DNA of 63,993 nt, filler included, from Fonticula-like sp. SCN 57-25 (taxonomy: Eukaryota), in the NCBI GenBank assembly GCA_001724245.1. It is 3 parts of 3 records of this genome, joined end to end, with 100 filler letters (N's around TTAATTAATTAA, not from the genome) between each part and the next. Parts side by side here need not be neighbours in the genome. Positions count along the whole stretch, not along the records: positions 23,605 to 53,921 come from MEDX01000069.1; positions 54,022 to 63,993 come from MEDX01000240.1; 1 more part is not named here. One strand, written 5' to 3'. How positions within the stretch are numbered: the stretch's first letter is position 1; each line of letters starts with the position of its first letter. The translations under genes were made by a program, and so were the position numbers. Of this stretch, positions 46,622 through 59,099 are shown one piece after another. A model generated the notes under the pieces. The model had not been told where the DNA came from. It saw only the letters and a list, made by a program, of their open reading frames with translations, and ran no database searches.

Positions 46622-48117
46622 CTAATAGCGGTACGTCTTGATCGAGTGCGGGAGCACAACGTCCTCGAATGACGGGCCGCCGTCGACAAAGACCACCGAG
46701 ATGGGCTCATCGCTGCGGTTGAGGAGAATGACAACAGTCTTGCCGTCGGGGGTGCCAAACACGGTCGACTCGAGCTCGGTCGAATCGGTGCGCTCGTGGC
46801 CGAAGCGAACCGAGCCGCGCACCAGGAAACGCGAAAAGTGGCCGAGGTAGTAGTACATGATCTGGTAGTGGAGCACCTGGTTCACGGTGTCGGCAATGAT
46901 GGGCGCATCGCAGAAGTTGCCAACGTGGTTCGGGCCTCCGTACTCGTTGAGGACCATGTTCCAGTCGGTCCAGCCAACGGCGTAGTGCTCGAGGTCACCT
47001 GTGTGCCACGTCAGCATTAAGCAATACGAAAGGTCGCGCCGTACCAAGAATGTCGTGGCCGTAGTTCTCGCCACGCTTCCAGTTGTAGAGCAGCGGGCCG
47101 CGGCTAGCATCGGGGTACTTGTCGTGGGTGCTCGAGAGAGCCTCAAAGTCATCGGCGAACACATACCAGTGCACGGCGAAGCCGTCGATGTACTTTGCGG
47201 CCTCGGGATCGGCCATGATAACGCTGCTGAGATCGCGGAGCGTGGGCTTCTGGTCCTCGTGGGCAAAGATCTTGATACCGGGGAAGTCGACCTTGATCTT
47301 GGGGCCGAGGTGGTTCTTGACAAAGTCGCGCTGGAGCTCGGCCGTGAAGGCGCACGCCTCCCACGACAAGGGGGAGTTGGCAAAGTGAGGCGCCGACGGC
47401 TCGTTCTGGATGGTCACGGCGTAAAAGTCAATGTCCTAAAGAGACGTTTAGCAACAATGCAAAAATTGAACCGCAAAAACGCACATGCGCCTTGTACTCG
47501 GAGAGCCAGCGGCTAAAGTAGCTGGCCCAGGTGGCCTCGTACTCGGGGCCGTCCTTGAGGCCGCGGGGGAAGACGGTGCCGACCATGTCCTCGTTCTTCT
47601 TCATCCACGCGGGCGGCGACCACGGCGACGCAAAGAGGCGGATCTCGTCCTGCGACACCGCCTTGGCGCGCTGGATGAGGGGAATCAGGTACCGCGTATC
47701 CACCGAGTCGTCAAACTTCCAGGTGGTGAGGTTAAAGTCGTCGGGAGTGTCGCAGTAGCTGTAGCTCTCGACGGAAAAGTCGCACGAGTTGATGTGAACG
47801 CGGCCCCAGTTGTAGCGGGAGCCGTTCACGCCAAAGTACGCCTGGATAATCTCCTCCTGGAGCTCGGGAAGCATCTGAGAAATGGTCACAGCGGTGGCCT
47901 CGGTGAAGGCGCCGCCAAAGCCCAGGATGGTCTGGTACTGGAAGTTGCGCTGCAACGTGATGGTCACGTTGGCCTCGTCGTGGTAGCTCTTCATCTCAAG
48001 GTCCTCCTTACGCGTCAGCCTGTCCTCGGTGTCCTTGGCAGTCTGGTACACCTCGACCGTCACGGCGAGGGCGACGGCCGCAAGCGCCGCCAGGACCAGA
48101 ACCCGCGCAGCGTTCAT
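46622..48117 (-). CDS. Secreted GH30 glucosylceramidase-like protein, apparently lacking the catalytic-nucleophile segment (2 introns)
   Basis: Signal peptide; YQTILGFGGAFTEA, SCDFS, ASPWSPPAWMK, TIQNEP, AVHWY, GWTDWN, GGPNHVGNFCDAPI, YYLGHFSRF. Confidence 0.9.
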
Positions 48118-48395
48118 CGTGGCGGGGGGGGGCCGGAATTTCAATGAACCTGTGACCGGTCACAAGTCTGGGGCAGATTGCTGATCCGGATCGCAACCGG
48201 ATTGGGCTTCCGTTTTGCGAGCATCCGATTATGGGAAGAACATGAGCGAATTAGCCAATCAGCGAAGCAATGGTATATTGCGTGCGCAACTTGGTTTGCA
48301 CGGCCGCGAGGTGTCTTTCGCATCGGTGTTTGTGTTTGTGCTGGAACCCCATTTTGATGAAGCTCAAGTCGGCGTTCCAGCCAGCATCCGCAACC

Positions 48396-49652
48396 ATGTC
48401 GTACCAGCAGGCCATCTTGCAAGGCTTCACCAAGAACGCCGCCCTCTCGAACGACGAGATGGTCCAAAAGTTCAAGGTACGTGAATGTTGGCGGCGCATG
48501 CCATGCGCTCCCCCCCCCATCCCCGCACCCGTTGCTGACCCGGTGTGGCTTACCAGGGCCTGTTCTCTGCGTCGCCGTTCCAGGATCCGGAAACGCGGAA
48601 TGCCCGCTGGTTTGAGTCCGAGGTGCACAAGAACCGCTATGCCGATATCATTCCCTGTGCGCGCTGCCATCTTACTAGCTCGACTTGCTCACGCCTTTGA
48701 CCGGTAGTCGAGGCATCGCGCGTCAAGATTCTGCCGCTCACGAGGGGAGGATCGGACTACATCAACGCGAGCCATCTTATTGTCCCGTACCGCAACGTGC
48801 GCAGTCTCTTTGATGTCGCCGCGCGCTCACCGTTGCATGCGCTTGCAGAAGACGTACCGCTACATTGCTGCGCAGGGCCCGCTGCCCAACACTGCGGTCG
48901 ACTTTTGGCACCTTATTCTGCAAAAGTCCTTGCCCATCGTGGTTATGATTACAAAGCTGAGCGAGAACGGCCGCGTACGCCCGCTTGCGTCACGGCGCCT
49001 GCTGCTAACACCGCCGCTCTCTGCAGGAGAAATGCTACCAGTACTGGCCCGAGCTCGGCGAGAAGAAGGAGTTTGACTATATCGTCGTGGAGACGACGAG
49101 CGAGAAGGAGTTTGCCTCGCACATTGTTCGCGAGTTTAGCGTATATGTGCGTGTTGGATTGCCGCCGCTGTCGTTTGGCGCTCACCTCTTTGCGAGCAGG
49201 ACAGCGCCAGCCCCATGATGAAGCACAAGGTCACCCACTTTCACTACATTGACTGGCCCGATGGCGACGTGCCCAAGAACGCGCGCGCCTTCCTTTCCTT
49301 CTGGCGCGAGGTGGGCGAGCTGACCCGCAAGTTGGGCGACATGCAGCCGCTCGTGGTGCACTGCAGCGCGGGCTGCGGCCGCACCGGCGTGTACATCGTG
49401 CTCGACGCGTGCATCCGCGTGCTGGACGCGCACCAGCAGGCAAACCTGCCGTACAAGGAGGCCGATGGCGACATTGTCGTCAAGACGATCGAGCTGCTCC
49501 GCAAGAGCCGCGTTGCTTTCGTGCAGACCCCCGTACGTCTCGTTCCCCGCCGCCATGCGTGCGCTAAACCGGCCTGTTTATAGGAACAGCTCCGCTTCTG
49601 CTACAAAGTTCTTGCTGCCTACCTGGAGCACCGCAAGTTCCTCACCCTTTAG
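48396..49652 (+). CDS. Classical tyrosine-specific protein tyrosine phosphatase, single catalytic domain, multi-exon
   Basis: KNRYADI, DYINAS, YIAAQGPLPNT..DFW, KCYQYWP, WPDGDVP, VHCSAGCGRTG, VQTPEQ. Confidence 0.95.
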
Positions 49653-50027
49653 GGTCGACTCTAGATACAATGTTACTCAAGTTCAAGATGAATTTTTACA
49701 TAGCCTTCCACAATGTGCATCAATGAGATTTAGCCGTGTGCTTGTGTATGGATACTTAATACACAACTATGAATTTTTTGGCGCTTTCATTCAATGTATT
49801 CGTATGATACCGGTATTACATAAAGGAAGGTGGGACGGAAGTGACGTTTCATAGAGTCTGATACATCAACAAGTGACGCGATCGAATGAGATTCACGAAT
49901 CTGATTGGTCAATTTTGGCGGTGAGATACGACGTGCTCCGAGGTGGGTACGGCTTGGGTGGACCGTTGAACCCCGTGAGCCTCTGTTTGGCATCGGTTGT
50001 GCGCGCGCTTAAATACAGTCGAACGCA

Positions 50028-52685
50028 ATGTCGGGCATGATGGCGTCCGACGTGCGGCTTTTGCGCGTGACGCTGCCCAACAAGGAGCACACGATGGTTC
50101 CCGTCGTCGATGAGGACATCATGCTCCACGTGTTTCAGCAGATCTGCGACCGCCGCCAGTTGCGTACAGAGGACTTTGTCCTAAAATACATGTCGCCCAA
50201 GAAGAAGCTGGAGGACGTTGACTTGACGCGGCAGTACCAGCAGTGCTGCACGGAAGACGCGATGCTCACCGAAGTCATCCTTGTGCGAGGTACGCACTTG
50301 AATCGACACAGGGTGGTTTGTCTTACATCCCGCGGCACTCCTAGTTAAACATGCTTCCGTTCTCAAAAAGGGCGAGTCTCCTTACAGCGTTGTGGGGCGG
50401 GCGCCAACGCGCGTTGTCACGCTTTCTACGACCGAATTGTCGTCAAACTCGTTGTTGCCCGAACCGCCCCTGCAGGGTGGCGGCAAAAATTCTACGCGCC
50501 TGCGCTCTTCGAGCATGTCGATCCGCGAGAAAATGGGCCTTGGCTCGAGCAAGATCGCCGGGTACGCCGGCGAGGCCGGCTCGCACGAGAGCCTCACGTC
50601 AAGCAAGAACTCGCTCGCTTCGACGTCGTCGTCGCCCGCCACCCCGATCCCGGAGGAGCCCGCCGATGACCTGGACAAGGTCCTCGACGCGTACGCGTCC
50701 TCGTCCTCGTCCTCGTCGCCCGTCATTGTCGAAGGCATCGAGCATATTTCGTACGCGCGCGAGCTGCGGCTAAGCAAAACGCTAACAGGGATTACAGGCT
50801 TAGGAGAGACAGGGAGCACAAGACGTCGACCCTCCAGCGGAAACCGCTGCGGCCCCGCTCGTCGTCCACGGTCACCTCGCAGTCGCACCCGTCGCTGATG
50901 AATGAAGACCTGCTCGTGCGCGTCGTCTTTGGGAGTTCGCAGACGACAGTCAAGGTGACCATGGCGACAAGCCTCGAGACGATCTTGCGCGAAGTTTGCG
51001 AGCGCAAGCTCCTCTCATTTGACCAGTATTCCATCGAGCTTCCCGGTACGCATGTTCTGTTATGCGAGTGTGCCTGCTCATGACAATGCGACTAGACGCG
51101 GCTGAAAGCGACGTGTGCCTCGACCGGAATCTTGCGTTTTACAAGTTTGACCCGACGTCGCATACGCTGCGCGTCGTTCCCAACAAGGAAAAGTCGTACT
51201 CGTCCATGGCCATCAGCGAAAACGGCCGCGACGTCCTGATCTTTAATGTTCGCCATGGAATGTACGCTTAGCCCACACGACGTTACGTTTGCTAAGTGAT
51301 ATGCAGGTATGAAGTATCGCAGGCGACGGAGCAAAAGCTCGTTGAGCGGCTGACGGACGAGCAGGAGCCCGGTACGCGCGGCTATTATTCCTCTTTTCTT
51401 CAGCTGACCGTTGCCGCAGACATGTACTTTAGGGATGTTTTCCTTTTAACGTACCGCTCGTACATGACTGCGGACGACTTTTTCGATCTTCTTGTTGCGC
51501 GTTTCAATGCCGAGCCTCCCGCTGACGCAAAGGACGAGGATTTGATATACTACAATGAGTCCATCGAGACTGTCCGTCGCAATGTCTTTGAAGTGTTGAA
51601 TGCGTGGATGACAAAGTACTGGCACGACTTTGTCTTTAATGAAGAGCTGCCGCAGGCGCTCTCGCGCTTCCTCGAGCAGATCCGCCAGCGCGAGGACAAG
51701 TACCCGAGCTGGAAGTCGTACCGCGAGCGCATCCAGCGGACGATGGATGAAAAGTCGGGCCTCATGGACGGCATCTTCAACGTCATTTCGGCGCCGCCCA
51801 ACGCGCCGCCGCTGCCGGCGGAGAGCCCCGTGCTCGCGGCCAAGCTGTCGCACATTGTCGACCAGCTGTGCCTCTATGACTCCAAGCTTTTTGCCAACTG
51901 CGAGGCGGTCGAGTACCTCAACATGATCTGGAAGCGCACAGACGGCATCATGGACTGCCCCAACGTCACTTTTCTCATCGAGCGCTTCAACAGGGTGCGC
52001 TGTTTTGGGGGTTGTTGCTGCCGTGCTAACGCACCAATAGGAGAGCCTGTGGGTCGCCACCGAGGTGGTCGAGCCGGCCGACCCGCAAAAGCGCCTGCAG
52101 GCGCTCAAGCGCTTCATTGAGATCGCCGACGAGTGCTCGCAGCGCAACAATCTCTTTAGTGCCTTTTCGATCCTCTCGGGGCTCAACGTGGCCGCCGTCC
52201 AAAAGCTGCGCAAGACGTGGGCGGTACGGCGTGCTTTGCTGCTCAAAGGAACTGGAACTAAATGCCTGTATTTTACCATGTAGGGTTTGTCTTCGTCGAC
52301 CAGAAAGACGTATGATGACCTTGAAAAGCTGCTCGACCCGTCCAAGAATATGGTGCGGTACCGCGAGGCACTTTCCCAGGCGCTGCCGCCGATCCTACCG
52401 TTCCTGCGTGCGTCCTTTTGGTAGGTTCAGTATGTGTTCTGACGAAGATGAATAGCCATTTTCATCAAGGATTTGACGTTTATCAATGACGGCAACCCCG
52501 CGCGCATCAATGGCCTCATCAACTTTGACAAGCTCTGCATGATGGCGATGAAGGTGCGCGAGATCGTCGCCATGTCGGCCGTGCCGTACGTGTTTGAGGC
52601 GCGCGAGGACCTACAAAAGTACATTAAGAACCCGCCGCGCTCGACGCTGGAAAAGTTGATCGAGGTTGCTGAGCTCCACGAATAA
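50028..52685 (+). CDS. RasGEF (REM + CDC25) with two N-terminal RBD/ubiquitin-like domains
   Basis: VFQQICDRRQL and ILREVCERKLL (RBD-like); FLLTYRSYMT; VLNAWMTKYWHDF; IERFN..SLWVATEV; NNLFSAFSILSGLN; KDLTFINDGNP; INFDK. Confidence 0.9.
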
Positions 52686-52967
52686 CTGCACGAATAACTG
52701 CGCATCTGCACTTGCACAACGGAGAGGCAGTTGTTTCTCTGGTTCCCTTTTTGGCCACAGGCTTCACGCCATGTGCGAGGCCCAGACTCTAGTCTACTTA
52801 TGAGCCCGCTTCTGGCATCACTGTATCTTTTTTTTCGCTTCGTCAGGCATGATGAATATAGATAGACTCGTATGAAAATTATGACACCCTTTTTTCTGGC
52901 CGGTCGAAAAAGGCGGGAAATCACACAAATCTTGTCAGGGATTGAATCACACCTCAGCAAGGGGACG

Positions 52968-53921
52968 ATGGCGCAGGCGCCTCAGCAGTCGTTCGAGGCG
53001 AGCGATTTTAACCATCAGGCCTATATAAATGACCTTTTAAGGGCACCACTGTGCGTTGTGTGCGCGTCCCTCTTTTCTGTACTAACAACGGCCTTATAGA
53101 GGAGAGTCTGAGACGCTCGATCAGCGAATCACGGCCACGGTTCTCCGGCTGCAGCTGTCGTGCCAGCAGCTGAGCGCCCAGCTGGATGATGCCGTGGACG
53201 AGGCTCTGCGCGGGATGCCGCGCACGCTGCAAGACTTGGAATTTATGAAAAAGGACACTGGTGCGCTAAAAGAGACTGTCGACGTTGTACGGCTGCAGCT
53301 GTCGGCGGCGGACGCTCGGACATCGGACGTCATCGCGACCCTGCGGCAGCTGGATCTCGTCAAGGACCGCATGGACACGAGCCTCCGTGTTATCCGGGAA
53401 GCGGACAATTGGAACAGCCTTGCAGCCGAAATAGACAGCGTCCTTGTTTCCGGCGATGTGCAGCGGGCCGTTGAGCGTCTCCGCGAGATGGAGCGGTCGC
53501 TGGAGCTGATGCAGCGGCTGCCGGAATACGGGCAGCGCAAGGAACAGTTAACGCGCGCCCAAAACAAGTTTTACGCGTCCCTCTCGCCTCAGCTTGTGAG
53601 CGCCTTTGCCGAGCAGGACATGGAGCGCTGCGTGTCGCTTTACGCCGTCTTCAAGGAGAGCCGGAAAGAGAGCGATTTTCTCGACTACTACATCAAGGTC
53701 CGCCGCGAGCCCGTCGTGCGCCAATGGGCCGCTTCGCACACTGCCGGCGGCGCCGACGCGCAGGCGACCCCCGCGCGCGTCACCTCGCTGCTCGAGGCCA
53801 TCATGGACCTGACCACAAACGAGACGGCCTGGTGCCGCGAGGTGTTTTCGGACCCGTCGCGCGTCACCGCCATGCTCGCGGCCAACATCATTGGCGTGCT
53901 CGACCCGCCGCTCCCGTCGCT
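52968..53921 (+). CDS. COG7: Conserved oligomeric Golgi complex subunit 7, truncated by the linker
   Basis: FEASDFNHQAYIN, LRLQL, ALRGMPR, LRQLDLVKDRM..LREADNW-like segment, LPEYGQRK. Confidence 0.85.
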
Positions 53922-54021
53922 NNNNNNNNNNNNNNNNNNNNNNNNNNNNNNNNNNNNNNNNNNNNTTAATTAATTAANNNNNNNNNNNNNNNNNNNNNNN
54001 NNNNNNNNNNNNNNNNNNNNN
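53922..54021. other. Artificial contig linker (N44-TTAATTAATTAA-N44)
   Basis: Identical 100-nt spacer to 23505-23604; it cuts the COG7 ORF. Confidence 0.95.
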
Positions 54022-54373
54022 CACTGACGTAATCAAATTGCTTTAACCACTATGTGACAATTGTCAAGATCGTCGGCGGCGTCGGAATACGAGCCCCGTC
54101 TCCGTCGTCCAAGGCTGGGCGTCCCTTCTGTCATCAAAACAACTGTGTGGATCAGTCTTTGCTCCTCGCCGCTCCGCTGCCAGGAGTCCCTCTCTGCCCT
54201 TTCTTAGCCTTCCTTTCCCTTTATCTCTTTGGTGGCTAGCCGGTGGCACCCCATTGGCTAGTCGCCTGCCACAAAGAGTGCCTCATTCTGTGGTCCCTCA
54301 AGCGATCTGCGAGTAGTTTTGAAGCCGGGCAGCACACGCACCGTGGCAACTCGTACTGTTTCCACGCCGCGTG

Positions 54374-56184
54374 ATGCAAAAAGGCCCGCACCACCTTCCG
54401 GTGGCGCCGTATGTTATATATGACGCGATCCTGAAGGCGCTCCCCGACGACTATGACGAGAACGAGGTGCGTCCTTTCTCCCTTTTACCGGGCATCGCGG
54501 CTAACGCGGTGATCGCAGGAGCGCCTTGAGGCGCTGTGGGAGAAAGAGGGCGGCGTGGCGCTCGTGACGCAGCTGGCGCCGATGCTCAAAGATCTCTTGG
54601 ATCCCGCCAATTTTAGCAAGCGCCGCAGCAACAATATCAAGCGGCTCAAGACCCTCATTCGCGCGGGGATCCCCGCATCGCTGCGCGCCGATCTGTACCC
54701 GATCCTCGCACAGGTCGAGAGCTACGCAGGTACGTGCCAGCCATAATGTCGGTTTTGCGGCGATCTGATCCCTTTTTTCAGACAACACGAGCGATTTCCG
54801 CGCGGGTCTGCAGCGCGTGTACGGCGCCAACGTACCGCTCAAGCCGATCATCCCCGAGCTCGGCGAGGCATTCGACATTACGCGGTACCCCTACCAGGAC
54901 GGCGGCACAATGAACGTGCTCCTGATCCTGTGCATCTTTGCGACGGTGCGCATTTTTTTTAAACCTGTTTCTTTTGCTGATGACCTGCTGCAGGATCATC
55001 CCGAGGTCGACTTTTGCCCGTACGTCCCGTCGCTCGCCGCGACGCTGTGCATCTTCCTCCCCAACAACGACGTTCTCGGCTGCCTTTCCTCCTTTGTGCG
55101 CCAGAGCGGCCGCAACATGTGGGCATACATCCCCGTCGGCCAGAAAGAGTGCCACCTCTTTTCGCTCGTCTTCCTCGAGCTCGTCCGCCGCAACATGCCG
55201 TCCTTTGTAAAGCACCTTTCGCGGCACAATCTGAGCCTTCCCGACTGGCGCTTCTTTTGGATGCGCACATTCGCGTCGCTCTTCCTCGACGTGCTTCGCC
55301 TCCCAACAACGCTCCGCGTGATTGACGCGCTCTTCCTCGAAGGCAGCAAGATCTTTATCCGCACCGGTCTCGGCCTGCTTTTGTCGCTCGAAAAACCGCT
55401 TTTGCAGTGCACAAACTTTGCCCAGATGGAAAAAGCGATCAAGACGGCCGGTCAGTCGCCCGACCTCGACGTTGACGGCGTCTTTTCGCTCGGCTTTCGC
55501 GTGCCCATCAGCCGCGCCGAAATCCTCCAGATGCGCTTCCGCCTGCTGTCGCAGGTCGACCTGCAGCTGCGCCCCATTGTGGCGTACCAAAAACCCGTCC
55601 CCGAGCTGTCGGAACCGTCCCTCATTGTCGACCCCGACATGCTTCAGCGGCTTTGGTCGTGGATGCCGCAGCGCTTCCGCATCCGCAACATGGAGCTGCT
55701 CTTCTGCACGCAGCAGCACGGCTACTCGCTGCAGACGCTCTTTAAAAACAACGGCGACTGCGAGGCGACCATCATGTTTGTCAAGACGACAAAGGGCGCC
55801 GTCTTTGGCGCCTTTCTCACGCAGAGCTGGATGCACAGAAAGCCGCGGCACTACTTTGGAACGGGCGAGTCTTTTCTCTTTTCGCTCGTCCCAGAGCACA
55901 CCGTCTACTACTGGGCGCGCATTGAGAGCGTCGCCGACGGCGGCGGGCACGTCCGGTTCCGCGCGGGAAGCGCCGTCGACCGCGTGCCGAGCTTTTTCCA
56001 GCTCGCCGAGCGCGACTTTCTCGCCATCGGCGGCGGCGCAAAGGGGCCCGGCTTGTGGCTCGACGCGTCGCTGCTAAAGGGCAAGAGCAACCCGTCAGAG
56101 ACGTTTAATAATAAGCCGCTGCACGGCTCGGACGACGACGAGTTTTTCGAGTGCGCAATCGTCGAGCTGTACGGAATCGTATAA
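54374..56184 (+). CDS. TBC + TLDc domain protein (TBC1D24/Skywalker-like), 3 introns
   Basis: LKTLIRAGIPASLR, FCPYVPSL, RVIDALFLEGSK; TLDc LWSWMPQRFR, HGYSLQTL, VFGAF, YFGTGESFLF, IGGG, SETFNN. Confidence 0.9.
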
Positions 56185-56754
56185 GAATGTGCGGCGAGTG
56201 AGACGCGACGCATGAGACGATTCTGGTTCATGTGTGCGCTGGCTGCTCAGCTGCAACACGCTTGTTTGGTTACTTTTTTCGGGGTTTTCGTCTGCTACTG
56301 CAGTTTTGCATCTATGGCTGCGCGCGTGTATATCTATACCTTCACCCTTTCCGCCCCTTTCGGGCCGCCGCCACGCCATATGCCCGTGTACTTTCCTCCT
56401 ATCTACGTGCTGCGCCTCAGATGGCGCGCACGCCGTGCTTTCCCCCTTTGCATCCCTTGCCTCTTTCCTTTTTTGGTTTTACTTTCCTTTTTTGGTGCGC
56501 CCGGCGTCCGCAAAACGAGCATGAGACTTGTCGCCGACAATGGGCGGCCACGTGGACGGAAGGGACTAGTCAGGTCGATAACGATGATTACTATTGATAG
56601 CGGTTCCCTCTTGGGTCTTTTTCTTTCTTTTGATGATGACGTAATCAATCTAAGCAGGCCGTGTGCGCGCTGATGTTGCGCGACGGTTATTTTTCATTCG
56701 GCTGCCCCCGATTTATAGCTAAAGTAGAGTTGCATGTGGTTGCCACAGTGCTGT

Positions 56755-56925
56755 AGTACACAGTACACATTGATACACGCCAACATGGCTGTCACACTGC
56801 TGTATCACATCTATGCATCACTGATAGGCCCATGTGTGTTTATCATATTGTATCACACGCCAACATGATGGTCACACTATTATGCCATATGGTCCATACA
56901 GTTGTTTATGCCACATGGTCCATGC
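56755..56925. repeat. Degenerate short direct repeats in the convergent intergenic region
   Basis: acacgccaacatg x2; tatgcca(t/c)atggtccat x2; gtcacact x2. Confidence 0.45.
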
Positions 56926-57028
56926 AATTGTTCATCTTTCAGTTGATATACCGTCCGTTTTGCGCAAAAAACCAATTCATTAAAAAGACAAAAACAGACA
57001 TTCAACTTACAACTAATATGCAACGACG

Positions 57029-58771
57029 CTAGACGAACTTGCCGTGGCCAAAGTCCCTATTGGGGAAGATCACGGGCGCAAAGAGACTCCAGAGGTACAT
57101 TGCCGCGACGAGCCACGAGGTCGCCGCCTTGGCCCACACGGCGCCAAAGCCGCGGTCAATTTCAAAGTCGCCCGACTCGGTGCTTCCAGTGATGATGCTG
57201 CAAAGAAAAGAACAAAGTGTCAGCCATCAAAAGTCGCATGCGATTTTCCCAACAAAATCTCAAAATCGCATGTGATTCCCCAATGCAGATTCGGGATCGA
57301 GTCGTGCATCGTTCAAACGTACCCCCAGTTGGTGAGCAGGACAGCGACGTAGCCGGCGGCGAGCACGAACACGAGGTGGAACACCGAGTAGTTATACTTT
57401 GACCTGTCCTTTTCGTCGTCCGCATCTTCCTTGTCCGTCGGCACGGTCATCGCCTCATCGTCCGATCCGACCGTGAATGCCGACAGGCACACGGTGAAGA
57501 AAGTGCCGACGAATCCGACGTAGAAAAGAATTTCCGAGAACGTGTCGGACCCGGAATCCGTGTTTGAGCACGAGAACGTCTCGTCGTTGGGCTCGCTGCT
57601 GATCGCGCTGCCGATGACGTACGTGATGTACACGCCAATGATGGACGCCTGCAGGAGGCCCGAGCGCGGGATCGCCTCCTGCACGCGCGGCAGGACGGCG
57701 CAGATGCACAAGAGGATGACGAGGGCGATGTTGAAGGAGAGGAAAAAGACGTTGAGGCCGCAGCCGGGCTTGCCGGTAAAGTACACGAAGAGGAGGACAG
57801 TCGCGGCGACGAAGAACGCAAAGGAAATGAACGTAAAGATAAACTGAAAAAAATGCGTTAACAAGGATAAAATGTAAATTTATCGTAAATTATGTCATAA
57901 AAATGACGTAAATTACACAAAAACAGTCATAAAAAGCCGCAAAATGCGACACAATTTGATATTTCTACTCATTCGTACCAGTGCGATCTTCCAGCAGGGA
58001 TCGTGGCTCTCCTCATAGTTGTTGAGCATCTTGTCGGCAAAGCTGTACGCAAACTCGAGCAGCATAATGGTCTGCACGAGCAGGAAAATAATGCCAAAGA
58101 CGATCGCGATGTACGCCCAGATGGTGAAGAAGCTTTCGGGGATGAAGAAGGAAGCGGCGACGAGGCCGATCAGCATAGGCGCCTTGATAAACCACCATCT
58201 AGCGCACGCAAATGAGTATAAATGTCAATGTAGGGCAAAATAAGCAATAAATAGCTGCAGTTTTTACAATAAACCATTCACGCTATCGATGACGCAAAAA
58301 AAGATCGATCGTTCGTACCCATTATGGAATCGCCCTCGGAATCGACTTGTCGTGACGCCAATCATAGAAATGCACAGGATCGCGTGGTACAGCGCAAACC
58401 CGAATGTGATGCGGTACACGGCCATGTACTGGAAGCACTCGCCATTACACTTTTGCCAGTCCGCAGGCAGGTCGCCGCCCCAGTTACTGGTCGATCGCAA
58501 CAGCAGCGGCGTTAGCGCAAGATGGCGATTTTTGCTGCCTTGCGTACCGGAGCGCCCATGCGAGAACAGTGATAATGAGAAGGCCGAAAGTGTAAAAGAG
58601 GCGCGTGGCGCGGGAAAGCTTGCAGGGGATCGTGCAGCAGAACAGATTGCATGCGCCCGCGCAGCAGCACAATGCTGATCAAGGTGACAAGGAAATGGGC
58701 GGAAAAAGGGCAGAATCGTAAGTAACTAATGCTGATACCGAAAATGACGACGCACCCGTTGATAAGCACAT
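57029..58771 (-). CDS. Serine incorporator SERINC/TMS1, multi-exon
   Basis: Cys-rich N-terminus, SRATRLFY, AVYRITF, HNGWWFIK, PRSGLLQAS, SAISSEP, YNYSVFHLVFVLA..YVAVLLTNW, LWSLFAP. Confidence 0.93.
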
Positions 58772-59099
58772 TCACACGGCAGCAGGAAGCACCAGAAAAT
58801 AACAAATATAAAGGATGCGGTACGTGGGGATGCGGGATCGCGGGCGGGTGACCGGCGACTGTTTGGACGGTGCGAACCCAAAGCTCGCCCCTGATTGGCT
58901 GATTTTTGAAATTCTCGATGCTGATTGGCTGTTCAGCAAGATTGACCATTGACGATCTGACGCTAATGCAAAGTACAAGCAACGAAAGCAAAGCCCGTTC
59001 AATCCTCGCTCATTTATTGGTGTACATGGCATGATAATGGTACATATTGTGCGTGCAGAGAGTCAAAAGCGCAACGAAAATCCTACAAAAAGCGGCTTC

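Noticed and set aside
52677-52700. 12-bp duplication CACGAATAACTG x2 across the RasGEF stop codon
   Set aside because: Simple local tandem duplication with no effect on the protein.
9746-54993. Several stop-free 3n introns (9746-9790, 10466-10513, 13543-13593, 43164-43214, 54946-54993) as possible exitrons
   Set aside because: Expected by chance for short introns; all have normal donor, branch and acceptor signals and interrupt conserved domains.
56212-56673. 153-aa hydrophobic ORF downstream of the TLDc gene
   Set aside because: T-rich low-complexity 3' UTR/intergenic sequence without the GC3 bias of true genes.
56755-56925. Short direct repeats as a possible CRISPR array or transposon end
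   Set aside because: Only pairs of degenerate repeats with irregular spacing, in a eukaryotic context; no cas gene, transposase or terminal inverted repeats.
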